Below are positions 50,315 to 63,228 of a stretch of DNA of 64,000 nucleotides, one piece after another. Where the stretch lies: contig MU626287.1 of the NCBI GenBank assembly GCA_025603075.1, positions 92,361-156,360 on the forward strand. The letters are read 5' to 3'. Below the pieces are notes generated by a model. The model was not told the DNA's origin, ran no database searches, and saw only the letters and a list, made by a program, of their open reading frames with translations. The position numbers and the translations under genes were made by a program. Origin of the DNA: Neoconidiobolus thromboides FSU 785. Lineage: Eukaryota; Fungi; Entomophthoromycota. How positions within the stretch are numbered: position 1 is the stretch's first letter; every line of letters starts with the position of its first letter.

Positions 50315-51652
50315 ATGAATCATCAGAATAATGAAGAATTAGAAACAGATAAAAGTGGAAAAATAGAAACCATAGCTAATGAAGTAGCTCAACATTATAA
50401 TTCACGTCCTGATTTAGGTTTACAAAAACGTAAAGAGTCAGTGATATTAAATTTACGTAGTTATAACAACTGGGTCAAGTCGATATTGATCAATAAATAC
50501 GTCCAAAAAAATAGTGTTGTATTAGATATTGGGTGTGGGAAAGGTGGCGACTTATTAAAATTTGGTAAAAAAGGAATCAAAAATTATATTGGAGCAGGTA
50601 AGCTTTAATACCTTTTTTAAAATTTTGTATTGAAAATGAAAGATTAATGAGATGATCAACTTTAGATATTGCTTCAGTATCAATTGAACAAGCTCGAGAA
50701 CGATATAATAGTATGAGATATAAAGATTTTCCAGCTCAGTTTTTTGTACATGATTGTTATGGAGTAAGGCTTTATCATCTCTTTTTTCTATCTGAAAATG
50801 AAACTAATATGATTAATATTTATACAGAAACTACTAAAACCTATCTTACCTTCAAACTTTTCAGCAGATGCTATTAGTATGCAATTTTGTATGCATTATG
50901 CTTTTGAAACGGAAGAAAAAGTGAGAATGATGTTGACAAATGTTTCTCAAAATTTAAATAAAGGTGGCCATTTTTTTGCTACAATACCAAACTCAAATTG
51001 GATTGTGTAAGTTTATTTTTATATTAATATTATTATTGTATGTATTATTTTAAATTGAGTTAAGATTGGAGAATAGATTTTAAATTAAAATGGATTAAAA
51101 TTAATTTTATTTTTATATAGAAAAAAGATAAAAAACAGTAATAATTTAGAATTTGGTAATAAAGTTTATAAAATAAGATTTGAAACCAAGGATTTATTTA
51201 CAATCTATGGACACAAATACTATTTTGAATTACAAGATGCAATTGAAGATTGTCCAGAATATTTGGTTCATTTCCCAACATTTGAAAAGTAAGTTAGTTA
51301 TTCAGATCTCTCATATTCATCCACGTAGATTAAAGGAAATCGGATTTGAAATTTAAATCAAAGTAACATCTTATTATTAATTTTTATTTTTTTAGATTAG
51401 CTAGGGAATATGGTTTAAAGTTAATATTTAAAATGGATTTTCATAATATTTATAAAAATTTCTCTAATGTTAATTATTATAATGAATTATTATATCGTAT
51501 GAATGTCATATCGGAAGATACTACTTCTATTGCTTATGATTTTGATAACAATCAATGGGAAGCTTGTGGTAAATAGCTTTGGTTTTGATTATATTTTATT
51601 TTAATAATTATCTTTAGGTATTTATCTTGCAGTTGCATTTGAGAAAGTTTAA
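50315..51652 (+). CDS. ABD1: mRNA cap guanine-N7 methyltransferase, ~6 exons
   Basis: VAQHYN...LRSYNNWVKSILI...VLDIGCGKGGDLLK, QFCMHYAFE, YYFELQDAIEDCPEYLV and GIYLAVAFEK. Confidence 0.97.
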
Positions 51653-52061
51653 AAGGAATACGAGATATAGATGAGAATGTGTTAAATAATACTGAAAGTG
51701 TGTGTCTTAAAAGAAATGAATGCCCTGTAATTGGTCATTGATCTGATAATAAATAAATAGTTACTATTTTCTATGTTTAAACATTGTCTTAATTTTTTTA
51801 TCTAATGAATTACTAAATTTAGTAATTTTCATAATTCTATTTCACGGATTAATTTTAGTTATTGTATTTTTAATTTATTGATTGTTCTTTGAAGAAAGTT
51901 GAATTTATAAAAATTCAATTTGAAATTTGAAATATTTCATAGTTTTTTTAAATATTTTAAAAATGAATAGTAAACAATTAATAAATGATTTAAATAATTC
52001 CACTGAATCATAGAACCTTTTAGATCAAAATTCTGATAGCCCTGAAATAGAACATATTGGT

Positions 52062-53380
52062 ATGACACCATATCGAGATAATGACGTACAGACAGAGGAA
52101 ACAATTGAACCTAATCGAAATTCAACATCCACCATCTCTTCTGATGAGGACATTGAAGACTCAACTTTAGGCTATAAAAATCAATTTACAGGTGAATATA
52201 TACCCAATTATTTAGTAACTACGAATAAAGAATTAGCTGGTTTTTATGCTATTGGAATATCCGTAAGTATTGTTTTATCTTTTATCTTATCTCCCAACAA
52301 AGAAAAAAAAAAGAAATAATATAACACTTGAATTCTTTAACAATCTTTAACTCCGTTTTAATTTCTATAGAATAATCCTTATTTAATGATTGGACTGTCC
52401 TTAGCTATTCCCATATTATTAGAAACGTATGCAGCAAAAGCAGGTCTTAATATAGATGGTAAAACAGCTTGTGATACTAGTAAAATTGGATATCAATGTA
52501 TTTTACCAATTGCTGGATTTTATATTACATCTTCAGCCTTTTCTTTGTTTACAATGGCCTTATCTGTCTTATTACAAGCCATATTTTTCATTGCACTTTC
52601 TTCATTGGCAGATTATGGAAGTAAGTTTGTTATTATTATTATTTTATAAACTAATTTCATAAATTAATTTTATTAGATTATCGTAAATCTCTTTTATTAC
52701 TTTCTAGTTTTATTGGTAGTATTTCAATGATATTACTCTCTTTTATTACTAGCTTTAAATTATATTGGCTATTAGCTGTATTATCTATTATATGTAATGT
52801 AAGTTATGGGGTATCAACTGTGTTTTTTTATGCTTATATAACTACGTTAACAAGATTTCATCCAAAAACAGTAGCTGCATTAGCTATTGGAGATCAAAAT
52901 CATTATTTAAAAGTCAAAGATGAAGTAGCAAATAGTATTTCTAGTAAAGTTAGTATTTATGGATTTGTATCTTCTTTTATTACTATGTTATTATGTGGTA
53001 TGTTAGTAGTTGTTTATTATAATGAAAAGAAAGCAGAAACACAAATTTATTTGTTAAAAATAATTTGTTTAATTTGTGGGATCTTATGGTTAATAGGAAT
53101 ATTATTTCAATTAATCTTACTAAAAAAAAGAGAAGGTGGAAAGATACCTAAAGATCAAAATATTATATTATTTTCTTTTAGTGAATTAGTTAATACAATG
53201 AAACAAGTTAAAAAATTACCTAATACTTTTTTTTATCTTTTATCTTGGATGTTATTATCAGATGCTACTTCTTCTATTGGTATGGTTGGTATTTTATTTT
53301 CTAAAGTAGAATTAGGTATGAATATTAAACAATTAATGTTTATTATTATATTAGTTTCATTATGTGGAATTATTGGTAAG

Positions 53381-53440
<60 letters not shown>

Positions 53441-54271
53441 AATATTATAATATATTAATATATTAATCTATTTAATATTAAATTAGGTATTTATTTATGG
53501 CTATTTATACAAAGAATATTTGAATTAAGAACAAAAACAATGTTAATAATAATTACTAGTTTATATATATTATTGCCACTATATGGTATTATAGGAATAT
53601 TCACAGATAAATTTGGATTACATTATCAAAATGAAGCCATAATATTTTCCTCTTTTTATGGGTTCTTATCTGGAGCCTTAAATTCATACTCAAGAGTTCA
53701 ATATTCAGAGTTAATCCCATTAAATCGAGAAAATCAATTTTTCGGATTATATGAAATAACAGATAACGGATCTTCTTGGATTGGTCCATTTATTATTGGC
53801 ATTATTTCATCTCAAACTAATAATTTAAGATTTGGTTTTCTATTTATATTACCAATGTTATTATTATCGATTACTTTATTGTTATTTGTTAATATCAATA
53901 AGGGGATTGATGATGTCTTGTATTTTTCAAATCAAGATAGTTATCTTCAATTAAATGATAATGATTATACATTAAATAATAACAATAATATGAATCATAT
54001 GAATAACAATGAAGAGGATATAAATAATAATAATACGAATTATACAAATAATAATCAAAATTCATATTCTTTATGGGATCAAGAAGATAATGATCCCGAT
54101 TTTTATGAACCTAATAATTTTAATTTATCAATTTATAAACACCCAAATAATAATGATAATAATAATGATAATTCAAATAAATTAGACAATAATGATAGTA
54201 TTATAAATAATCCAAGTGAATTAGAACACAATACAATAATCGATCCTTGGAAAAATAATCAATTAAAATAA
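52062..54271 (+). CDS. ATG22: Vacuolar amino-acid efflux MFS transporter, Atg22 family, 4 exons
   Basis: KELAGFYA, LAIPILLE, SVLLQAIFFIALSSLADYG, FYAYITTLTR, FYLLSWMLLSDA, SYSRVQYSELIP..ENQFFGLYEITDNGSSWIGP. Confidence 0.93.
53382..53439 (+). repeat. (ATT)n microsatellite in an ATG22 intron
   Basis: About 19 ATT units directly after a GTAAG donor at ~53376. Confidence 0.95.
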
Positions 54272-54374
54272 AAATAAAAAGTATTCAATTTTATAATAAT
54301 AATAATAGTAATAATAGTAATAATAATACTATTATTATTATATTCTTTTATTAATATTTTATTATATTCTGTTT

Positions 54375-56022
54375 TTAAATAAACCTTTCCATATTTTGAT
54401 TATTTAATTTATAACCATTACTAAAATTAATAATATCCATTTTATTTTTATTAATTAATTTAATATTATTAACTAATAAATAATGTTTAGGTAAACATTT
54501 TATATATAATAAATTCTTTTTCTTATCAATTTTAAAACTACCTATTATTTCTTCTGTATAATTGTTATTCATATTATTGTTCTCTTCTATTTTTTCTATT
54601 GGCTGTTTTTCATTGATATATAGTTGAATTGTTTGTCCTCGAAAGGTAGTATGTAACGGAAACTAATGAAGAATAAAAAAGTTAATATTTTGGATTTATG
54701 TTATCATGCTAACAATTTACTCTCCAACCTAATGTTCTTTCTTTAAGTAATATATCTTCAATTGTGTTCAATTCCCAATTAATCTTCATAATTTCTTTAT
54801 CTACTTTATTAGCTTTGCTGACCTTAGTTTCATCTTGTGAATATTTTGATTCCTAGATGATAAAATAAAACAAAACAAAATAATAAAAAAAGCAATAATA
54901 TATAAAATAATAACTTACTTGTAATGAATACCAATTTTTTAAAGTATTGATTATTAATTCTCCACCCCGAATACTCATCTTTTTTTCTAATTCTTGGTAT
55001 TTTATATCTTTAGGAATTCTCTATTAATAATAAGCAATTACTTCATTATTATTGTTATCATTATGCCATAAATATTACTATTTCTTCTTGTAAAAGTATT
55101 TTCCCTGCATCAAATTTTAAATGAGATAATTCTTGTACAGAGAGTCCACCAATTTCATCTTGATTTAACATAGTATGTATCAAAGGAGCAGAACCACGAT
55201 ATCTAAAATAGAAAAAAAATAGAAAACTCATTAATATCTATATCAAATTGTGTATTTCCTTTCAATTAAATAAAAAAACTTAATATCATTTATAACAAAT
55301 ACTTTCTCTTATAAATCATTTTATATCTATTTTTAACTTACTTTGGTAACAGTGAAGGGTGTAAATTGATACCACCAAAATTGAATTGATTTAATAAACT
55401 AGTAGGTAAAAAATAACCAAAAGAAACTACAATGGCTAAATTATTTTTTTTTAAATCTAAATCTGGTTGCCATAATCCAATTTTTTTTGGTGGGGGATGA
55501 GATACAAATAAATCTTGTTCTAAAGAATATTGTTTCAATGGAGCTAAAAAAGAGAATGAAAAATTGATTTTATGAGTTTAAATAGAATTATAAATAGTTG
55601 AGTTTTAGAACTAACTTACTTGGTTTTAATATTTTATAACCACGTCCTGATTTACCATCGGGTGGAGTGACTACTTGAATTGAATTGATATATAAATCAC
55701 TGGAAGAATCAACTATTTGTAACGAAGATGTTATTATAAATATAAAGAGTAAAAATAAATAGAACAACTTACTCTTATTTTGTATTTGTTTTTGATGAAG
55801 TAAAGCTTTAATACTTTCGATACTAAAGTTATCGGTTCCAAAGAAAGTAATGTTTACTGGGGTTGGCTAAAGAATACAAGATCTTAATTGAAAATTAATT
55901 GATAACAGTAAATACTTTTTACTTACAATATTATTTTTTATTGAGGTAGGATAATAATTGCTATAAAATCTTAATTTAGCTGGAAATAGAATAGTTAATC
56001 GAGGATGTTTTAATGATAACAT
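54375..56022 (-). CDS. FMT1: Mitochondrial methionyl-tRNA formyltransferase (multi-exon)
   Basis: ITFFGTDNFS, VVTPPDGKSGRG, IVVSFGYFLP, GINLHPSLLPK|YRGSAPL and KFDAGKILLQ. Confidence 0.93.
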
Positions 56023-56127
56023 AATAGAATTTTAAAATAAAATTCAAAATTTTAAGTTTTTAAAGCTTTATACTTTTATCTTTTTTTCTGATTTTTAAAA
56101 AAATTCAATTTGATTAAATAAATAAAC

Positions 56128-57710
56128 ATGTGTGATGTTAATCAAGAAGATTTAATGATACCTAAGGGTAAACTTAAAGAATGATAGAATACAATAATGA
56201 AATAAACTTATTACTCTTAACCTTATAGAATTCGTCAAATCAAAGGATCAAAATTGCATCAAATGTAAAACGGAAAAAAGTTCTTTAATTGTAAGAAATA
56301 TACGTTATTGTAAGTAAGTACACATATAAACTTTAATATAGACAATGGTTTAATACTAACTATTAATTCTTAATTAGATCTTGTTTCTTATATAATTTTG
56401 AAGGTAAATTCCGAAGTATATTAAATCGAACCCGTTCCATCAATGATAAAAATTGTCAAAATATGTTATTAGCTTTTTCAGGAGGTATATCTTCAAGGTA
56501 AATTAAACTTTAATTATTATAATAAAATTAAAATTGTTGGTTTATCTAGAGCTATGTTACAATTAGTTAAAAATTTTACTACTCCACATAATAAATATGG
56601 TAATATTTTAGTTTGTCATATTGATGAATCCATAGTCTTAGATAATTGTGTAAGTCTTTTATCTCTTCCACTGTCCACTAAAAATTCATTGATACTAACC
56701 AAATCAAATTACTAGAATAATAACGTCAATGAACTTGAATCCATTGTTCAAGGGTATAATTTTGAATATAAAAAAATTAATTTAGAATCCATTTACCAAC
56801 AAGATGAGAATGAGAATAAGAGAAGATTACTTGAACTACTTAACAGTTTAAGTAATTTAACTGAAAAAGAAGATTTAATTCAAAATTTGAAACATACTTT
56901 ATTAGTGCAAATAGCAAAAGAATCAAAGTAATACATAGTTATATATATTAATAATAATCAAACATTAATATTACTTAATATTAATTTAGTTCTTCTATGT
57001 TGTTATTGGGTGACTCTTCTACAACAATTGCTATTAAAACTATTGCATTAACATCTAAAGGTCGTGGTTTTTCATTACCATTTGAAATAGCAACGGAATC
57101 CAATTGTTATCAAGGTAAGTTCATTATGATCCCTTTTATCTACTTTTCTCACTAACTCATCTCTCTCTTCTTAGGGGTTACTTTAATTCGTCCAATGAGA
57201 GATAGCATTAACAAAGAAATAGCTATGTTTAATTATTTCAATCAATTAAGTACTCCTTGGTTATCAACAATTTATACTAAAAAACCTGGACGATCCAGTA
57301 TTTTTCGATTAACGGAAGAATTTATTATTAATTTAGATAATGGATTTCCATCCACAGTATCGACTATTGTTAGAACAGCTAATAAATTGACACCTAGTAG
57401 TAAAGTAGATGCGAAAAAATGGTGTTTATTGTGTTTAAAGTAAGTTTTATTTGCTCCATTAGTTTAATAAAGTGCATGTTTATTTTGGCTTTTGTTTAGT
57501 CCAGCGGAAAAGGATATTGTTCAATGGAAAAATAAAGTAATGTTGAAAAAGTTGGACCAAATCGGAGACCAAAAGGAAGAGATAATGGATGAAGATGGTA
57601 TTAATCAATATTTTTGTTATGGCTGTACTACTATTTGTGAGAAATTTGAACAAGAAAAATTACCTAATTATGTTATAGAAGGGATGGAGAGATTGAAACA
57701 AAACAATTGA
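56128..57710 (+). CDS. NCS2: Cytoplasmic tRNA 2-thiolation protein 2 (Ncs2/Ctu2), multi-exon
   Basis: N-terminal CIKC...YC|xSC, LLAFSGGISS, LLGDSSTTIAIKTIALTSKGRGFSLP, LIRPMRD, LDNGFPSTVSTIVRTANKL, and CLLC/CYGC. Confidence 0.93.
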
Positions 57711-57869
57711 GATTGGGGATAGGTTTTATAGAAGAATAAAAGAAAGAAGAGATGATTTTTTTATAGATAGAATGTAAGTGAAGGGTTTTTTTATTATTAT
57801 TGAAATAAAAAAAATATAAAGATATTAATTTCATTTTTATTCTTGTTTTTTTAAATAATATGTTAAATT

Positions 57870-58479
57870 TTAATAGTCATTATAGTACAGTTGATAATTA
57901 AATAATCGTTCTTTTGATATTGGACTTAATAAAAATGTTTTACCTTTTAAAGCAGTTCGATAAATACATTCTATTAAATCAATCAAATCTTGTTTTTCTT
58001 TTAATGTGCCAATAAGTTTGGAATGATCTGGTAAACTAGAAAAAAAAGCAAAAGACATAGATTAGTACACTTGAAACGGTATATTTGATCTAAGCAATGA
58101 TGCTTTACCCATAATCTATTTTGATATGATGACCATTAAAAAAGAAGATTGTAGATGGAATATAATTTATATCAAAATAATTTAAATAAGTTTGAAAAGT
58201 TTCATTCTCTTTATCCAGTTCTAATTCAATTGTAAATATTACTGCCATATTACTTAAGTTAATCACACTTTTTGATAACTATTAAAAGTAAAGGGGGAAT
58301 TTAATTAAAGATTAGTATTTTTAGAAATGGAAGATTAGTAAATGAAAAGTTACTATATTATCTAAATGCATACAAGTGGAATCAAATTGATTTCCAAATC
58401 TTAATATTAATACTTTATTCACTGTTTCTTGAATTACTCGACTTAATTGTGCTTCATCACAGATCCTTGGTAAGTCCAT
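57870..58479 (-). CDS. TXNL4B: Thioredoxin-like U5 snRNP protein, TXNL4B/Dim2-type, 3 exons
   Basis: Spliced MDLPRICDEAQLSRVIQETVNKVLILRFG...CMHLDNI|LSKS...YFDINYIPSTIFFFNGHHIKIDYG|LPDHSKLIGTLKEKQDLIDLIECIYRTALKGKTFLLSPISKERLFNYQLYYNDY*. Confidence 0.8.
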
Positions 58480-58961
58480 TTTAAGTTATTGTTTCTAAAA
58501 AGTTAATGAGTTAATTTCATTATTATTATTATTTTGCAAAAATTAAGTTTGATGAAATTGATTTTTTCATCTCAATTTTATTCTCAATTTTTATTTTAAA
58601 AATTCCAATCTTTAAAATCATTTTCATGTTCCAAGAAATCAATATTACTTTAGCATTTATTTATTTTATAATAAAATTAAATGATGCTTTCAATGCATTA
58701 TTACCGACGTTTTACTATTAAAAAGGAGATTCTCATTTGTATTTTATTACATTAATATTTTATCAAATAACTGTTACTAAAACGTAATGGTCATGAATGA
58801 AAGAATTCAATGAGGATAAATGTTGATTAAATTCAAAGATTTAATATAAGTGATTTTAGAGTGTAATAAATTTAGTAAAGAAATCAAAATAAAGATTCAT
58901 TAAGTTTAAACTAAATAATTTTTCATTATTTATCTATATTATATAATAATCAATATATTTA

Positions 58962-60485
58962 TTATATAAAATCAAAAGGATCAAATTCAAACTCTTCTTG
59001 TTGAACACCTTCAAATAACAACATATGACATGTGGATCGAATATCATTAAAATGTTTATAAGGGTTATATTTATCAATAATTTGACCACAAGAATAGCAG
59101 AAATGAGTATCACAAACAGCACAAATCATATGATTACAACCATGTGATTTTTCAATACAAGTCAAACATTTAGGACAAGGTTGAGCATTGTTCAATTTCC
59201 AATTGTTAAATTGAAGATCTAATTCAAATTCTTTAGCAAATTTTTGCAAATTTTTTAATCCATATTTTAATTCTAATTGTGCTAATTCTAAATTATCCTG
59301 TTTTAATTTTGCTTCATGATATTGTTTACCAAGTTGATGATTTTTAGGTAATTCACAGTAAGTTAAACTACCATGCCATGTTCGTTTACAATAATGACAA
59401 TAAGCATAATGACATTTAATACAAATACATAACTTTTCATTTTCTTCATTTCTTAACATTGGGGTATTACAACTTTCAATTGGACACCATGTACTTAACG
59501 GATCCATATCATACTTTTGTTTATTGAATAATTTTAAATATCTATTATAATCATCTTCACTTAATAATTCTCTTATATCTTCTAAATCTGGTCGATCTTC
59601 TTCTATATTTATTTTACCTTGTTTTCGATTCATTCGACATTCTTCATGGGGACATAGTACAGAGTAAACTAATCCTTCTCGTATCATCATTTTAAAAAAA
59701 TCCGATAAACATTGTTTACAATAAACATGTGAACATTTTTTTAATGATATACTATCTCGTCCTCGTTTGATGTCCCAACAAATACCACAAGAATGCGGTA
59801 TTATATTGAACTCTTTTTTTACTAAATAATAATCCCATTGTGTTATTATGTCTTTCATTATATTATTATTGATTTTATTTTGACTCATTTTTAAAATACT
59901 TTCAGGTATAAATTTAGCGATAAATTTATACTTTAAATAATCCAAATTAACTAAAAATATTAATATAAACTAAAAAAATAAAAGTAAAAAGTTTACCTTT
60001 ACTGATCGTTAAGCCATCTAAATAGTTTAAATATTCTAATAAATAATTTTGAATAAAATCAATATAAATAAATAAAATCTATAAAAAAATTAAATTAATT
60101 TTTTCTTTATAATATAAATTATTAATTTACTTACTTCTGCTTTTTCTTCCTCCCATAAACATTTTAATTTGTCTTTAACTTTGTCATTATCTTCTTTACT
60201 TAACCAAAAACAAATCAATTTAATACTTGGTGCTTCTTTCGGATATTTATCTCCTAACTCAAAACAAAGAAATATTGGTGGTAAGTACTTAACAAAAATA
60301 GTATCTTGATTAAAATAAACTTTATAATTTGATTCTAATTGAATATTAATTTTTATTAAGCCAGAATGTTTATGAGTGAAATCTAACTGTTGATTTAATT
60401 CTTTGTCATTTAGTTGAATATCTGATTCATATATACTACTTAATGCTAATAATTCATTCTCAATAACTTCTTCAGTTTCATTCAT
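58962..60485 (-). CDS. RWD-RBR E3 ubiquitin ligase (RNF14/Itt1 type)
   Basis: RWD domain (ENELLALSSIY...YLPPI...YP), RING1 CGIC...CSHVYCKQC, IBR WCP...CIKCHYAYCHYC and RING2 CPKC..IEKSHGCNHMICAVCDTHFCYSC. Confidence 0.93.
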
Positions 60486-60889
60486 TGTTTTTGAATATTA
60501 GTTATTCGAAGAGTTGGGTTGTATATTGGATTTATTACGATCGTTAAGAAGAGTTAATTAATTATTGATATTTTAAATATTAAACTTTGAATTCATCTTT
60601 TTTAATAAAATCGCTAAGTAGTTTTTTATTGCTTAGAAAATATGAGTCAATGTGCTTTTAAATTCTACAAAATAAATTTAGTTTTTAATTTTCATGACTA
60701 AATAAATTTGAAAAGCTAAATACACTTTTTCTTGCCCAAAAAATGTCAACTTAGATTTAATGCTGTATGACGTTAAAATGCTTAGAATCATTGATCTTAT
60801 ATCATGAACACAATTTCCATTATAAAAAATGATATTTCAACTTCAATTAATTAATCTTCTTTAATAACTTTAATGCTTAATAAGTGATA

Positions 60890-62635
60890 ATGTTTCATCC
60901 AGTCAGTAAAAGAAGGATACGAAGTAAACAAGATGTAGCTCGAAGTCGAATGGATCAATTAAATGGCATCATACAAAATTATTTTGCTTTTATAAAAAAT
61001 ATAAACGACCCTGAAGTACGTAAAATTAGTTATGGTAAGTCATTAATTATCTCTAATGATATATTATTTACTAAATAACTAGATTATTTAAGTTGGGTTA
61101 ATGAACAATTAAAGCACCAAAGAGAAGAAAAAGATATAGATGAAAATGAACGAGAAACAATTAGAATTGGTACTTTTAAACGAGAATTAGGTCTCAGCTT
61201 CAAAAAACATTTAAATGATACAGTATTTTCCATTCCTAATGCTAATTATCATTTTGCTAGTGGTCTTTTTGATTTTGGCAAATTTTTAGAGACAGGAACC
61301 TTTATTTTTACCGTTATTATTGATCCATATAACCTATGGCTTGGCCATGATACTATATTACAAATAACAAGAAAAGATAATAACGAATTACTAACTTATG
61401 TATTTTTTGCCTTTTTAGCTCGATTTACATTACGTTGGGATACCGAAAATTATAAAGTGATTTATAGTAATAGCTTAAAAAATATTCGATTGTTACTTCC
61501 AAATGCTTATTCAAAACCAACGTATAATAATATAGTTGCTCTTGGTTTAATGAGTTATTTAGCTTTATCACATGCTAATTTTCATTTAGTTGAAAGATAT
61601 TTCTTTTCTTCTGTTAGATTAGCGCAAATGTTAGGTTATGATACGGAGAATTCGTGTGTAATAGCCAATACAAAACCAACCGAGTATCTAGATCCTCAAG
61701 TTTATCGAGGCAAAAATTTATGGAATGCGTTATATGTTGGATATTTATCCTATTCAGCTATTATGTTAGATTTTCCAGTCTATCATTTTGAAATTGATAC
61801 CGCTAAATTAGCACCTTATTTAGAAAGTATTAATTTTAAATATAAAGAAGTGGATCAAAAAAAACAATTAAAAAAAGAATCAAAAATTGTTGCTAGACAA
61901 TTTGATTTCTTTGACATTATAACTAATGTTAATTTAACTATTGTTAAACACGCTCTTAAAGTTAAAAGCGAGAAACAAAATGAGTTAGCATTGATGCCAA
62001 ATGATAATTTGAGATTGCCTTCAATAGAATTTAATCATTATTTCAATAAGTTAATGAATTTAAATACAGAATTAGATCAGATTATTTCTAATGCTGACAA
62101 TACACAGTGTACAGTTAATAAACTATTAAAAATATTAACAAATGGAACAATCATCGTATTATGCTATCCCTTAGCTTTGATTTATCCTAAACCAATAGAA
62201 TTTAAAATGAAAGAAATGGAGTTATTGTATAACATAACAAATACCTTATTTGATATCATCTTTCAACCTGAGAGTCATAATAACCTAACAGGTATTTTAA
62301 ATATGATTTATGAAGTTTTGAAAATCATTGAAAAGTTTGAAGTAAATCAAGATATGTTTTCTTGTAGTCAATTTAGTTGTTTAATTTACATCTATTTTAA
62401 TATTATTCATCAAGCAACAATTAATGAATTTGATATGTTTTATAGAAGTAAAATGGAGCATTCAATGACTAAGACATTGGTTATTTTAGATGCTTTGAAT
62501 TTGTTAGCAAAGAATAGTAAAAAAAAGATACGTAATGATGCCATTTTAAATCTAAGAAGAATTAGTAAGGCACTCAATAATTTTGTATTACCAACAGAAT
62601 TTATCGATAGTATTAAACCTAAATTATGTTTTTAA
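60890..62635 (+). CDS. Fungal transcription-factor middle-homology-region-like protein, 2 exons, no Zn cluster visible
   Basis: Exon 1 is 60890-61034 and the intron 61035-61082. Exon 2 is open from 61083 to 62635, with ...PTYNNIVALGLMSYL...SSVRLAQMLG... resembling the Fungal_trans motif. Confidence 0.6.
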
Positions 62636-63228
62636 ATAAACAAATCAAGCTATTAGCCGTATGTTTTATTCTATCCATAGGTGATTGTTTTTGTTTCTGT
62701 TGTTATTATTTGATGCTTTAGCCTTTTATTTCTGGATGTACCTTGATTTTGTTTTGCATTTTTTTAATTTAATTGAGTGGAAGAATTAGTGTAGTTTTTC
62801 AACAACAAGCACATATATTTATATGAAAACTTAACTTTGCTATTTAGAATTTTTATCACTTAAATTGTAAATTTTGTGGTGAAAGTATGAGATCAATAAA
62901 ACTAAAAATTGATCTTTGATAAAAAACAACATTATTCAGCTTTGAAAAAACCTATGATACTTTAAAGTGGATTAAAAATTTGGATTTTACTTTGATTTTT
63001 TATGAATTTTAATAAACACTTCTCTTACATTAAATTTTTGTATGTAAGTTGAATGCTGTATAAAAATAAAGCATATTATTTAGTACATTATTAATTTATC
63101 TTTATTGTTAATGGTGACCTTGATAGTTTACAAGTATGGATTTAAAAAAAGATACAGGGATATCCAAATTCGTTTTTCAGAACTTAATCCAAATTTTAAG
63201 TTTCTAAATTTCCAAGTCTTTAATATAT

